DNA of 64,000 bases from Candidatus Woesearchaeota archaeon (GCA_937912225.1 CALDOJ010000038.1:17408-81407), one strand, 5' to 3'; counted from the stretch's first letter, positions 29,648 to 40,514 are shown. Numbers and translations are program-made. The notes: a model not told the origin generated them from the letters alone.

Positions 29648-30039
29648 ATGATATTGCTAAAATCAAGACTACGCCTCATTCAATAGCATTAGGGTTTGCC
29701 ATTGGCACATTTATAGGAATATTACCCACTCCAGGATTTAGCATTATTCTTGCAGTAATTATCCTATCTATTTTTAAGAATGTTAGCAAGATTTCTCTTT
29801 TTGCAGCACTACTATTATTTAATCCAATTGTTAATATTCCATTTAATATCTTGTCTTTTAAATTTGGCGATTTTATATTTAAAAATTCTCCAATTCAGGA
29901 ATTGAGTATTCCGCTTTTTAGTAAAATTTATTATTTCACAAGGAGATACCTTGTTGGAAATATTATTATTTCAAGTTCAATATCGATATTAGGTTATTTT
30001 TGCATTAAATTAGTGGTTACTAAAATACAGAAACATTAA
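29648..30039 (+). pseudogene. DUF2062-family membrane protein gene interrupted by a frameshift about 35 nt after its ATG (or a sequencing error)
   Basis: ATG at 29648 reads MILLKSRLRLIQ then stops. The adjacent frame continues ..SIALGFAIGTFIGILPTPGFSIILAVIILSIF..NPIVNIPFNIL.. to 30039, which is the DUF2062 core. The long frame has no ATG or GTG until a TTG at 29851. Confidence 0.5.
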
Positions 30040-30259
30040 TTTTATTGATTCTTTTATGATGCTAGAAACTAGACATCCGTTGGACTAAGCCATTTCTTGT
30101 TCTGTTTTAAGAAATCCAAAAATTAACATCACAATTTTTGTTATACGTTTTTTCTGCAAAAAAAAAATCCGAAGGTTCAGTTCAAATAATGTTCGTTTTA
30201 TCTTTTACTTGATAGGATTTCCCAACGCATCATATTTCTTCGGCATTCATTATTTTTGA

Positions 30260-30661
30260 TTAATCGTTCAGACACATGGATTCTTTTGAAATTGTTCCCA
30301 TGAGGACTTGTTCAACACAACCAGTTACTAGTTCTTCAGGATAACAAGTTCCTACAATATTTTTTAAAGGACCTTTTGTAAGATTGATTTTTTGTTTATC
30401 AGTTAATGTTGGTGGGAAACAAACTCCACTTATGCACTGTCCTCCATCAGTACATATTTCACCAGCATTTTTGTAGGAAAGGAGACAAGTTTGATTGTCA
30501 GTCCATTGCCCACCAACCCTTTCACACACTGGTTCATCTTTTGGTGGTCTATGACTTGGTAAGGCTGAATAAAGAAGGCCTAAAACAATTCCAAATAAAA
30601 TGATGCTTGCAAAAATTATGATGATAAATAATAATGATTTAGAAGTATTTTGTTTTTGCAT
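30260..30661 (-). CDS. Small secreted/membrane-anchored cysteine-rich protein
   Basis: N-terminal TM/signal anchor followed by about 70 residues with 10 Cys (C..GG.W.....C.....AGEICTDGGQCISGVC...). Confidence 0.45.
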   Translation of the reverse strand: MQKQNTSKSLLFIIIIFASIILFGIVLGLLYSALPSHRPPKDEPVCERVGGQWTDNQTCLLSYKNAGEICTDGGQCISGVCFPPTLTDKQKINLTKGPLKNIVGTCYPEELVTGCVEQVLMGTISKESMCLND

Positions 30662-30765
30662 AGTACTATGTTAAATTTGATTATGAATATATAATATTTA
30701 CGAAAAATAAGCAAAAATCAATATTATTATTTCCTGAAAGATTATTCTTACTGTCTATTAATCAG

Positions 30766-31347
30766 TTAAGGCTTTTGAAGAACTAATTCTATGATTTTAT
30801 GTTTATGTTCTACTGGTTCTTGGTCTACTCTTTTAAAAATATTTTTTTGCAGAATTTTGAATTTTGAAACTAACTTTAAGATATCTTCTTGGTTATGATG
30901 ATAATCAACAGCATCATTTTTATCGATAACGTCAATGTTAAAGTGAATAAAGAAATATCCTTCTGGTTTTAATACTCGAAAAATTTCTTGAATTGCTTTT
31001 TCTTTATGAACATAGTGAATAACATTAATCATGAAAACTGCATCAACAGAATTATCTTCGAATGTTAGCTTTTCGACATTTTGAACTTCAAATTTCAATT
31101 CAGGATAGTTTTTATTATTAGTTTTTATTTCTTCAGAAACATTATCGATGCCAAGAACATTAAAATTTGATTTTGAAAAAACTTTTACATCACGACCATT
31201 ACTACAACCAATATCGACAATTAGTCCTTTAAAATGTTTTTCTTTTAAAAATTTTGCAAAACTTTCTGCATAAAGAGTTGGATGATTTTCCCAATGTCTG
31301 CCATCAGAATATTTTTGATAGAGCTTTTGTTCTTTCATATTAAACAT
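30766..31347 (-). CDS. Class I SAM-dependent methyltransferase
   Basis: Motif I IVDIGCSNGRDV and Methyltransf_11-like spacing. Confidence 0.65.
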   Translation of the reverse strand: MFNMKEQKLYQKYSDGRHWENHPTLYAESFAKFLKEKHFKGLIVDIGCSNGRDVKVFSKSNFNVLGIDNVSEEIKTNNKNYPELKFEVQNVEKLTFEDNSVDAVFMINVIHYVHKEKAIQEIFRVLKPEGYFFIHFNIDVIDKNDAVDYHHNQEDILKLVSKFKILQKNIFKRVDQEPVEHKHKIIELVLQKP

Positions 31348-31462
31348 GAATTTTAATTATTTATAAAAAGATTGTTTTTTGTAGTTTAAATTCAAACATT
31401 GTTTAATTAAGAGGTTTTTTACAATTAAGCATATTTATAAGTTCTAATAATATACTTGGAAT

Positions 31463-31780
31463 ATGAATAAATCCAAATACATAAATCCAACTAAGTGCGC
31501 AAGCTGTGGTTTATGCTGTAAATCATTTCAGATAGGTTATTCTCATGAAGATAGTAAAGAACATTTATCAGAAGTTGAAAGATTCAAGTTGCTAGATACT
31601 GACTTGATAGAAGTTCATGAAAATGAAACTGGTTATTGGGTTGAATTTAAGATTCCTTGCAAACATCTGAAAACCAATGATGAAGGATACTATTGTGAAA
31701 TTTATGATAAAAAACGTCCGCAATTGTGTGAGGAATACCCGTACAAAGTTACTGTAGATTGTCCTCATAAAATAAACTAA
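31463..31780 (+). CDS. YkgJ-family cysteine-cluster protein (CxxCxxCC putative Zn/Fe-chelating domain)
   Basis: CASCGLCC motif near the N-terminus plus downstream CKH..C..C..C cysteines (PF03692-like). Confidence 0.6.
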   Translation: MNKSKYINPTKCASCGLCCKSFQIGYSHEDSKEHLSEVERFKLLDTDLIEVHENETGYWVEFKIPCKHLKTNDEGYYCEIYDKKRPQLCEEYPYKVTVDCPHKIN

Positions 31781-31852
31781 AAACTTCTAATGTTAACTTT
31801 TCGTTGTGTTTCTTTAATAACTTTTAAAAAGCCCCCTATCATTCTTCTCTTC

Positions 31853-33055
31853 ATGGCTGTATGGATTCAAAAGTATGTTCCTAAGTCTCTTTCAGAAGTT
31901 GCAGGGCAGAACTCTGCTGTTGAAAGATTAAGAGCTTACGCTGAAAATTATAAGAGAGGAACTAAACCTTTATTTCTTTATGGAGGGCAAGGTACTGGTA
32001 AGACTAGTTCTGTTCATGCTTTAGCTAAGGATTTAGATTATGAAATCTTAGAAGTTAATGCTTCAGACGTTAGAAACGCTGATTCTATTAATTCTTTGCT
32101 TGGTGCTGGAATTCATCAAATGTCTTTATTTGGTAGGGGAAAGATTATTCTTGTCGATGAAGTTGATGGTTTGTCTGGTAAGGAAGATCGTGGTGGAGTT
32201 GCTGCAATTACTTCTTTAATTGTAAAGAGTTCTTACCCAATTTTTTTAACAGCAAATGATCCTTGGAATAAAAAACTTGCAACTTTAAGAAAAAAATGTG
32301 AACTGTTAGAATTTAGAACTCTTGCTTACACATCAATTACTAATCATCTAAAAAAGATTTGTGAATTAGAAAATATAACTTATGATGAATCTGCACTTCA
32401 AGAATTAGCAAGAGCTGCTGGTGGAGATTTAAGAGCAGCTATAAACGATTTACAAACATTCTCATACGAAGGAAAGCTTACAAAAGAAAATATTAAAATG
32501 GCTTATAGTAGAGATCATACAGAAACAATCATTAATGCTTTAACAAGAGTTTTTAAGACGACAAAATCAGATGTTGCTTTACCTGCATTTGATGAAGTAC
32601 AAGAAGATTTAGATACTATTTTTTTATGGATTGAAGAAAATATTCCTGTTGAATATAAAAAACCAGAAGATTTAGCAGAAGCGTTTTCAAACCTTGCATT
32701 AGCAGATGTTTTTAGAGGCAGAATTCGAAGATGGCAATATTATAGATTCTATGTTTATTGCTATAACTTATTGTCAGCAGGTATTGCTCTTTCAAAGAAC
32801 GAAAAATATTCTGGATTTACTTCTTTTAAACCAACTTCAAGGATATTAAAGATTTGGATGGCAAATCAAAAGAATTTGAAGAAAAAAGCGATTTCACAAA
32901 AAATTGCAGAAAAAACTCATTCTAGCAAAAAAACTGTTGCTCAAGATGTTCTACCATATATTAAAATGATTTTTAAAAAGAACAAAGAAGAAGCAGAAAG
33001 ACTTTCTAAATATTTTGACCTTGCTTCTGAAGAAATAACGTGGTTGAAAGCATAA
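31853..33055 (+). CDS. rfcL: Replication factor C, large subunit (clamp loader)
   Basis: WIQKYVPKSLSEVAGQ box II, Walker A YGGQGTGKTS, EVNASD, DEVDG Walker B, no SRC motif, and a basic C-terminal tail. The track ORF starts at 31790 but the conserved N-terminus begins at the Met at 31853. Confidence 0.7.
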   Translation: MAVWIQKYVPKSLSEVAGQNSAVERLRAYAENYKRGTKPLFLYGGQGTGKTSSVHALAKDLDYEILEVNASDVRNADSINSLLGAGIHQMSLFGRGKIILVDEVDGLSGKEDRGGVAAITSLIVKSSYPIFLTANDPWNKKLATLRKKCELLEFRTLAYTSITNHLKKICELENITYDESALQELARAAGGDLRAAINDLQTFSYEGKLTKENIKMAYSRDHTETIINALTRVFKTTKSDVALPAFDEVQEDLDTIFLWIEENIPVEYKKPEDLAEAFSNLALADVFRGRIRRWQYYRFYVYCYNLLSAGIALSKNEKYSGFTSFKPTSRILKIWMANQKNLKKKAISQKIAEKTHSSKKTVAQDVLPYIKMIFKKNKEEAERLSKYFDLASEEITWLKA

Positions 33056-33132
33056 TATTAGGATTTTCTTCTTAATCGCTGTTATATGGGAGATTGTAAG
33101 TCGATCGACCAGTCCGCTGTAGTCCGCAGTTA

Positions 33133-33912
33133 CTAATTGAGTAAAACATCATTTGCTACTTTGTACAGGATTTCCAAACTTTTTTTTGTTTTTTTAGAAT
33201 GAGATTTAGGTATCCATTGTAGCCCTGCATGAGAATCACTGATAGTAAAAATAGCTCCAACATCAACATTTCTGTATTGACCAACTGCAAATAATGCTGA
33301 TGCTTCCATTTCTACAGTCAATACTTTGTCTTTCTGATACTTTTTTATTTCTGATATTGTTTCTCTGTAAGGAGCATCAATTGTCCATGTAGATCCTGAA
33401 AAATATTTTGTATTCCCAAGCGATTTTTTAATCTTTGCAATCATTGTTTTGGATGGATAACTATATTTTGAAGGTTTGAGGTAATGATGAGAAACACCTT
33501 CATCCCTAATTGCTTTTTCACAAACAACTAAATCTCCGATGGATATTTTTTTTTGTAATGAACCTGCAGTTCCAATGGATATAAATTTTTTAACTCCAAA
33601 AGCAATTAGTTCTTCCATTCTTTTTGCAGCTAATGGAGATCCAACACTAAGTTTAATTACTGCAATTTGAGATTTTGTTTCATTAAGAAGGATCATATTA
33701 CTGTATGAACCTTTAGCTTTAGTAGTTTTATGATTTTTTAAGATAAACTCAAATAGTTCTTTATTATAACAAAATATAACACCAATTGGTGCTTTGAATT
33801 TAGGATACTTCCCGATTCTTTTTTTATAAGCCATATATTGACTTGGTGTGTAAACTGAATCATCTTTCTTATTTTTAAAGTTTGGAAATCCCATAATATA
33901 AATATAAAACAT
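33133..33912 (-). CDS. Purine/uridine nucleoside phosphorylase family protein (PNP_UDP_1)
   Basis: Segments GDLVVCEKAIRDEGVSHHY and TVEMEASALFAVGQYRNV are typical of uridine/MTA/purine nucleoside phosphorylases. Confidence 0.6.
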   Translation of the reverse strand: MFYIYIMGFPNFKNKKDDSVYTPSQYMAYKKRIGKYPKFKAPIGVIFCYNKELFEFILKNHKTTKAKGSYSNMILLNETKSQIAVIKLSVGSPLAAKRMEELIAFGVKKFISIGTAGSLQKKISIGDLVVCEKAIRDEGVSHHYLKPSKYSYPSKTMIAKIKKSLGNTKYFSGSTWTIDAPYRETISEIKKYQKDKVLTVEMEASALFAVGQYRNVDVGAIFTISDSHAGLQWIPKSHSKKTKKSLEILYKVANDVLLN

Positions 33913-33980
33913 TTTACTTTATAAATTATTCTTCTCTTAAAAAGTAAACTATTTAAACAAGCCTTACCTTTTTCTCTTTT

Positions 33981-35486
33981 ATGAGCAAACAATTTTTACA
34001 AGAGTTAGTCTCTTTTATCCAACAAAAAGGGTTTATTTGGGGTCCTGAACCAGAGATTTATGGTGGTCTTGCAGGTTTTTATACATATGCTCCTTTAGGT
34101 AAATTATTGAAGAATAATGTAGAAGGCACTATAAGAACTATTTTTCAAAAAAATAATTTCTTTGAAGTAGAATGTCCAACAATCATGCCAAAGAAAGTTT
34201 GGGAAGCATCTGGTCATCTTGGTGGGTTTACTGATCCAGTAGTTAAATGTAGTAAATGTAACGCTTCATTTAGAGCAGATAATCTCTTAGAAGAATTATT
34301 TCCTGATAAAGTCATTAAAGATGTTACTGAATTCTTCAAAAATAACGAAGTAAAATGTCCTTCTTGTAAAGAAAGATTGCCTGCAGAGGTAAAAGAACAT
34401 AACTTAATGATGAAAACGACTGTGGGGCTTGATATTGAAGCTTATAATCGACCTGAAACTGCAACTACAACTTATTTACCATTCATACGATTCTACGAAC
34501 ATTTTAGAAAAAAACTGCCTTTTGGAGTTTTTCAAATAGGAAATGCTTATCGAAATGAAATTAGTCCAAGACAACATGTCTTAAGAACAAGAGAATTTAC
34601 TCAAGCAGAAGCACAATTATTTATTTTTGAAGAACAGAAAAATGATTTTCCTAAATATAAAGCAATCAAAAAGAAAAAAATGCCTTTTTGGTCATGGCCT
34701 TCTCAAAACAAAGAAATGCAAGTTGAAACTTTATCTGTTGAAGATGCTATGAAGAAAAAATACTTCAAAAATGAAGCTTATGCATACACAGTTAATCTTG
34801 CATATCAAGTTTTTAGAATAATGGGCATTCCTGATGCTAATATTCGATTAAGACAACACGGACCTGACGAAAAAGCATTTTATGCAGATGATGCATGGGA
34901 TGTAGAAGTAAATCTAAACAGTTTTGGTTGGACTGAATTATGTGGAATTCATGACCGAACAAACTATGACTTAAAGCAACACGGAAAATTTTCAGGAAAA
35001 AGCATGGAAGTAATGAATGAGGCTAATGAAAAGAAAGTTCCTCATGTATTAGAAATCGCTTTTGGAGTTGCAAGACCAACATTTGCATTACTTGATTTAT
35101 TTTATGATAAAAAAGAAGATGGAGCAGGTAAAACAGTTTTAAAATTACCATTAAACATGGCTCCTATGAAAGTGGCTGTATTTCCATTACTAAAAAAACC
35201 AGAATTATTAAAACTTGCAAACGGCATTTATGAAGATTTAAGTCAAGAATTCATTTGTAAATATGATGAATCGGCATCAATAGGAAAGAGATATCTTCGT
35301 GCAGCAGAAGAAGGAATTCCATTCGCAGTTACTGTTGATTTTGATTCGCTTGATGATAAAGCAGTTACTTTAAGAGATAGAAATACTGAAAAACAAAAAA
35401 GAATTAAAATTCAAGGACTAAAAGAAACAATCACTTCTCTTATCAGAGGAGAAATCAAATTCAAAGATATCAAAGAAAACCTTTAA
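33981..35486 (+). CDS. glyS: Glycine--tRNA ligase, archaeal/eukaryotic-type (class II, alpha2)
   Basis: N-terminus LQELVSFIQQKGFIWGPEPEIYGGLAGFYTYAPLG, zinc-ribbon-like CSKC..CPSC insertion, and 501 aa. Confidence 0.85.
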   Translation: MSKQFLQELVSFIQQKGFIWGPEPEIYGGLAGFYTYAPLGKLLKNNVEGTIRTIFQKNNFFEVECPTIMPKKVWEASGHLGGFTDPVVKCSKCNASFRADNLLEELFPDKVIKDVTEFFKNNEVKCPSCKERLPAEVKEHNLMMKTTVGLDIEAYNRPETATTTYLPFIRFYEHFRKKLPFGVFQIGNAYRNEISPRQHVLRTREFTQAEAQLFIFEEQKNDFPKYKAIKKKKMPFWSWPSQNKEMQVETLSVEDAMKKKYFKNEAYAYTVNLAYQVFRIMGIPDANIRLRQHGPDEKAFYADDAWDVEVNLNSFGWTELCGIHDRTNYDLKQHGKFSGKSMEVMNEANEKKVPHVLEIAFGVARPTFALLDLFYDKKEDGAGKTVLKLPLNMAPMKVAVFPLLKKPELLKLANGIYEDLSQEFICKYDESASIGKRYLRAAEEGIPFAVTVDFDSLDDKAVTLRDRNTEKQKRIKIQGLKETITSLIRGEIKFKDIKENL

Positions 35487-35565
35487 ATAGAGATAATTTT
35501 TTCTTAAAACAATGAAATACAGAAAATAACATTTTCTGAATTCAAAAAATTATCGGAGAAATTTT

Positions 35566-35853
35566 ATGAAAATAAGCGAATTACAACCAAAACAATCAAT
35601 TACCGAGATAACAGTAGAAGTAGTAAGTATGGGCGAAACCAGAGAATTTCAAAAATTTGGAGATCCAGGGAGAGTAGCAAATGCTATAATTAAAGATGAT
35701 TCTGGAGAGATGAAAATGACTCTTTGGAATGAACAAATTGATCAAATCAAAGCAGGCGACAAACTACTAGTAAAAGATGCTTTTGTTAATGAATGGCAAA
35801 ATGAATTGCAACTAACAACTGGTAGAAAAGGAAGCTTCGAAATTATTAAATAA
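35566..35853 (+). CDS. Single-OB-fold ssDNA-binding protein (RPA/SSB-like)
   Basis: GRVANAIIKDDSGEMKMTLWNEQ matches the RPA DNA-binding-domain OB-fold pattern (G.V.NA.L.DETG.IRLTLWD). Confidence 0.55.
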   Translation: MKISELQPKQSITEITVEVVSMGETREFQKFGDPGRVANAIIKDDSGEMKMTLWNEQIDQIKAGDKLLVKDAFVNEWQNELQLTTGRKGSFEIIK

Positions 35854-35860
35854 ATAAAAA

Positions 35861-35934
35861 GGGAACGTAGCTCAGACTGGGAGAGCACTACGCTGAAGAC
35901 GTAGGTGTCCTGGGTTCAAATCCCAGCGTTCCCA
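35861..35934 (+). tRNA. tRNA-Phe (anticodon GAA)
   Basis: Acceptor GGGAACG/CGTTCCC, D-arm GCTC-AGACTGGGA-GAGC, anticodon arm CTACG-CTGAAGA-CGTAG, T-arm CTGGG-TTCAAAT-CCCAG, discriminator A. 74 nt, no intron. Confidence 0.92.
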
Positions 35935-36010
35935 CCTTTTTTTTAAAATAGAATTAAAAAATTAAAAATATCTTTTCTTAAGAAAAAAATAACTTTTAAG
36001 TTATTAGTTT

Positions 36011-38236
36011 TTATCCTATATTAACATTTACAGAAGTCATTATACTTCCTGCAATCATGTTGAATAATAGTATTATAACAAATGCAATCGCAGTATAAGT
36101 TATTGAAGTTCTAAACATGTTATTACCAATCATATATTTTTCATTAAGTTTATCAGCGCCATTTTCAATACCATTAATAAGAATAGTTAATATATAGACT
36201 ATTTGAACAACGTATAATCCAACAACTATCTGAAAGAAATAAGTAGGAACACCTGTACCAAATAAATTTAACATTCCTGCATTAGCCGCTCCTTGTTGTG
36301 ATTGAGATGCTAATAAAGATAATTTCTCACTTAAAGTACCAAGAATAGTTGTAATCATACTAGTTATTCCAATAACGATTCCCGCAATAGCAGGTGTTAA
36401 GAATGCGATTTGTGATTTCATACTACTAATAATGTCCGACATTAAATCTCTAAGTCTTTCATCAACTCTATGCATCTCTTTAATATAAGTAGAAACATTA
36501 ATTAGTGCTTGACTAGCAATAAGAGGACCTTTCTTACTACTTTCAATTAAAACTTTCATAGAACTCTCAATAATCGGTGAAGGATAATATTGAATAGCGC
36601 CAGATTTTTCATCAAAAATAGCTCGTTCAACATTCATACCTAGTTTTCGAATATTAATACTAACTAATTCAAAAAATTTTCCAGAAATACTTCCTTCCAT
36701 TACATCAGCTACTTTGCTAAATGCAATTTCTGCAGGTAAACCATCACCCAGTCGATTTCCTAATTGAAATAATGCAGATGCGAACTCTTGCTCTAATTTC
36801 TTTGTTTGTTCTCGAATCTTAATAATGTTTTTAGATTTTAATTTATAATAAAGACCAATTCCCAAACCAAAAGCTAAAGGCATTCCTAAACTTAGAAGAA
36901 CAGCTCCTAATCCAAAAGGACCGACAAGATTACCAGTCACATTTCCTTCAAGAATTTCTTCTCTATAACCAAGAAGATAGAATTTAGAATTTGGATGAAC
37001 TAAGGTATTCATACAAACAAGACCACCACTACCAATACTACAATCTGAATTAGGAAACATTTGATGTAGAAGTAATGGCAAAATTCCAACAAAGAATAAT
37101 GCTCCAAAAATTATCGCACAAAGAATTAATGGCGGAATTTTTATTTCAGTATTACCAATATTAATTAAAATATATTTATATTTTCTAAGTGCTTTATTTT
37201 TTTTACTAATATCACTATCTCCATAACCAGTAGGTCTTTTTGAAAGAATAGCTTTACTCATATAAAAAACAATTAAGGGAAGAATAATATTATATAATGT
37301 AAATAAATGAAACCATTTAACTTCCGGCATGAAACTTACAACTAAAGGCAAAATAACCAATCCTAAAATTGGTAGAATAATTCCAAGCATGTGTAAAGTT
37401 GTAATAGGTGATTTTAGATTTTGAGCATAATGAAGCATTTTTTCATAAGTTTCATCAAGTATGACAGTTAAAGATTTATCAAGAGAATTAAGTCTTCGGT
37501 CTTCAGAACCTTCATATAATGAAGCTTCAATTAAATGCATACTTTCAATAAATTCTCGGTTCCATTTTTCCCAAGTTTGAAGATATGCATCTAACGATTC
37601 TTTAATGGAAAAGAATTTTTGAGTTTCAATATTCCAAACAATTTTTTTTAAATCAATAGATAAAGGAGGGGATAAATGTTCTGCAGCAAAATCAATTGCT
37701 AACTCTAAGTTAGAAGTGTGCCGCATATAAGTAACAATATAGAAGATACACAATACCATTTGATTACTAGCTTTCATACGCCAATTATTAGCAAAAAAAT
37801 ATGGTAGTTTACCAAGAGGAATCATTAAACCAATACCTGTAATAAAAGCTATGAATACAAAAAAAGTGCTTCCAGTTCCTGTAAGAGCAAGAGGAACTCC
37901 ATACCCAAAAATGAAACCAAAAATTATTATGAACAAAGGAAAAGTCATTGCAAAACTAGTTGCACCAGTAGGGGTTATATTTAAATGACAAATATTAATT
38001 GATTCTTGTAATTCAGGAATTTTATTTTTATCAGGTTTTATAGAAATTATTTTTTCAGAAAGATTACAAGCTTTTTCATAAAGTGATAAATGTTTAGGAA
38101 GATACTCTTCTTTAAAATGATCATAATCTTTAGTATTAATAGATTTTAAATTAGAATGTTTACCTTTTAATTCAGATTCAATTTGTTCCTGATATCTCTT
38201 TTTAAAATCTTCTATGTCTTTATCTCTATTCACCAT
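36011..38236 (-). CDS. Large polytopic membrane protein, type II secretion system F / TadC / FlaJ-like platform protein
   Basis: 741 aa with multiple TM clusters separated by cytoplasmic helical domains. Its start overlaps the stop of the upstream secretion ATPase, an arrangement typical of FlaI-FlaJ / TadA-TadC pairs. Confidence 0.5.
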   Translation of the reverse strand: MVNRDKDIEDFKKRYQEQIESELKGKHSNLKSINTKDYDHFKEEYLPKHLSLYEKACNLSEKIISIKPDKNKIPELQESINICHLNITPTGATSFAMTFPLFIIIFGFIFGYGVPLALTGTGSTFFVFIAFITGIGLMIPLGKLPYFFANNWRMKASNQMVLCIFYIVTYMRHTSNLELAIDFAAEHLSPPLSIDLKKIVWNIETQKFFSIKESLDAYLQTWEKWNREFIESMHLIEASLYEGSEDRRLNSLDKSLTVILDETYEKMLHYAQNLKSPITTLHMLGIILPILGLVILPLVVSFMPEVKWFHLFTLYNIILPLIVFYMSKAILSKRPTGYGDSDISKKNKALRKYKYILINIGNTEIKIPPLILCAIIFGALFFVGILPLLLHQMFPNSDCSIGSGGLVCMNTLVHPNSKFYLLGYREEILEGNVTGNLVGPFGLGAVLLSLGMPLAFGLGIGLYYKLKSKNIIKIREQTKKLEQEFASALFQLGNRLGDGLPAEIAFSKVADVMEGSISGKFFELVSINIRKLGMNVERAIFDEKSGAIQYYPSPIIESSMKVLIESSKKGPLIASQALINVSTYIKEMHRVDERLRDLMSDIISSMKSQIAFLTPAIAGIVIGITSMITTILGTLSEKLSLLASQSQQGAANAGMLNLFGTGVPTYFFQIVVGLYVVQIVYILTILINGIENGADKLNEKYMIGNNMFRTSITYTAIAFVIILLFNMIAGSIMTSVNVNIG

Positions 38237-40514
38237 TTTTCATCTTTGTTTTTCTAACTTCTCTCTTTAGCCATTCATTCCATTCAAAGAAAATGGTGTC
38301 AGAATCAAGATTGCCTTTTTTATCCTTGACTTTATCACTGATTCGGTGGAATTGATCATTACATTGAATTATAAAAGGCGCTTCTAAAAGATCAAAGTTT
38401 TTTTCCTTTTCAGCAACTGCAAGAATTGTTTCTTTAATTTTTGTTCTTAAAAGAATATTATCCCACACAGCGTCCCAATTACCAGCCCACTCTTTAACAT
38501 TACCAGCAATTGCTTTTAACAATTCACTATCACCATTAATTAATTCATCACTAGGTTCTAACATATCAGTTTTAGAATTATATTTCATTAAATCAACAAA
38601 ACCACCTTCTCTTAAAGGGTCATCTTCCCAATGTTTTCGAACTTCAGTAATTTGAGTTATTCTTCGCCATTTATGAAGCCCATCAGCACTTTTAATAGGA
38701 TTTGCAACAACAATTATATCTGTTGCTTTAAAGCTAGTTCTAGGAACATCAAGATCATTTACAACTCGGTCAAACACTCCGTAAGGCGAATCACCATGAA
38801 TAGTCCCTGCAACAACATTTGCAAGTGCACCAACCCTCATAGCTTCATACAACGCTTTAGCTTCTTTACTTCGAACTTCACCAATAATTAAACAAGAATC
38901 TCCTAATCTAAGAGTTGTTCGAATACCTTCATCAGCCGGTACTTCAGAGCTACCTTTTGCTAGAGCAGAAGCAACCTTCATAGGTTGAATATTATAACCC
39001 ATTTTTCGAAGGGAAGTTGTAGGTAGCTCTAAAGTGTCTTCGACCGTGATTATACGATATTTTCTCATGATTTCAACCATTAACGAACCTAATAAAGAAG
39101 TCTTTCCTGCACTTCTAGTTCCTGCAATAAGCATGGTTCGACTTCCATCAATAATAAAACTAAGAATACCTGCAGCAAGAGGTGTAAGCATATCATTTTT
39201 TATAAATAAAGGAAGAGTCCAAGGTTTATCCCTATGTCTTCTAAAAGCATAAGCAATTCCGCTAGGATCAAGCGGAGGACCAATCACACCAACTCTAGCA
39301 TTTGCAATACCAGGAATTTCAATTTCAGTATCAAGAACAGGATTTGCTTCATCTAATGGTCTTCCAGAAATCAATCTAAGTTTTGAAGCCCATGAGTCTC
39401 CATCACTAACAGAAGGTAAGATATTAGTCCTGCAATCACCAAAATCTTGATGAACCATAAACATAGGAATTTGACCCATAGGACTATTTATTGTAATATC
39501 CTGGACTTTAGGGTCTGCAAGTAAAATTTCAATAAGACCAAAACCAACCGTGTACCTTATAAGAATCTGAGTAAGTTCTTCAATTTTATCAGGTGTAAGT
39601 TTAACATTATGATAATTAGCTAATTCTTCAATTAAATTATGTCCTACATTGTGAAAAACTTCTCTCATTCGTTCAGGATCAACAAATTCTTGTTTTTCGG
39701 GTTTATGCTCGGCCATTATATTTCGAGCTAAATCCAATAATTCATATTCTTCTTCTTCAAGTTTGAATTCAGGTGGTGTTATATGATATAAATATTGAAT
39801 ATTATCAGGGAGTTCAAAGATGACAACTTCAGTATTTCCAACTGTGTAACTGTCAAGCTCAACAGCATTTTTTGGATAAGTTGCCATTAACTTTGTAAAC
39901 ATAAAATCTGGTTTGATAGATGGAGTGAATACTTTTCGATAAATTTCTCTATCGCCAACTTTATGACCTGGCATGAAAGGTTTTAAAATTGTTATTAATT
40001 TAGTATTATCAAGTAATTGTAGAATATATTGAAGCAAGGTAATATATTTTTTATGACCTTCAATTATAATCGAATTAGCACTTTTATCAAGAGCGATATT
40101 CTCTTGTCTAAGAATTCTTTTAAGAGAAACATAACAACCAACAGGGTCTTTTTTCATCATATTAAAGACTGCGTTGTGAATTTCATTATATCGTTTATCA
40201 GCTTCACCATAACCCTTAAGATTTTCATAACTGAATACATCTCTACTTTTAACTAATTGATTATATAAGTGAGCTATTTCACTCACCATACTAGTTTGTG
40301 CATAATCATATTCATAATCTCTTTTCTGAGAAAAAACAATTTTTGTAACACCAGGATTTTCAATTAAGAATTCTGCAGCTTTAGACATATAAACTTCATC
40401 ATCTTCAATAGATGGAACTCTCATGTTGTTTTCGCAGTCTATCTTTAAGATGTTGTCTTCTCCCTGTCTTAGGGTTTCATAAGAAAACATATTTTTATCT
40501 GTGCTATCAGCCAA
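38226..40514 (-). CDS. Type II/IV secretion system ATPase (FlaI/PilB/GspE/VirB11 superfamily) with long N-terminal extension
   Basis: Walker A LIAGTRSAGKTSLLGSLM, a downstream Asp/His box region, 762 aa. Confidence 0.7.
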   Translation of the reverse strand: MADSTDKNMFSYETLRQGEDNILKIDCENNMRVPSIEDDEVYMSKAAEFLIENPGVTKIVFSQKRDYEYDYAQTSMVSEIAHLYNQLVKSRDVFSYENLKGYGEADKRYNEIHNAVFNMMKKDPVGCYVSLKRILRQENIALDKSANSIIIEGHKKYITLLQYILQLLDNTKLITILKPFMPGHKVGDREIYRKVFTPSIKPDFMFTKLMATYPKNAVELDSYTVGNTEVVIFELPDNIQYLYHITPPEFKLEEEEYELLDLARNIMAEHKPEKQEFVDPERMREVFHNVGHNLIEELANYHNVKLTPDKIEELTQILIRYTVGFGLIEILLADPKVQDITINSPMGQIPMFMVHQDFGDCRTNILPSVSDGDSWASKLRLISGRPLDEANPVLDTEIEIPGIANARVGVIGPPLDPSGIAYAFRRHRDKPWTLPLFIKNDMLTPLAAGILSFIIDGSRTMLIAGTRSAGKTSLLGSLMVEIMRKYRIITVEDTLELPTTSLRKMGYNIQPMKVASALAKGSSEVPADEGIRTTLRLGDSCLIIGEVRSKEAKALYEAMRVGALANVVAGTIHGDSPYGVFDRVVNDLDVPRTSFKATDIIVVANPIKSADGLHKWRRITQITEVRKHWEDDPLREGGFVDLMKYNSKTDMLEPSDELINGDSELLKAIAGNVKEWAGNWDAVWDNILLRTKIKETILAVAEKEKNFDLLEAPFIIQCNDQFHRISDKVKDKKGNLDSDTIFFEWNEWLKREVRKTKMKNGE

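Noticed and set aside
33056-33132. Relatively GC-rich 77-bp segment (…CGATCGACCAGTCCGCTGTAGTCCGCAG…) as a possible small ncRNA
   Set aside because: It lies between the convergent 3' ends of rfcL and the nucleoside phosphorylase gene and has only weak, imperfect hairpin potential. It is more simply a shared terminator/spacer region.
38631-40256. Short ORFs inside or antisense to the secretion ATPase gene (38631..38891, 39034..39252, 40029..40256)
   Set aside because: They are embedded in the 762-aa ATPase coding region and have no motifs, so they are spurious.
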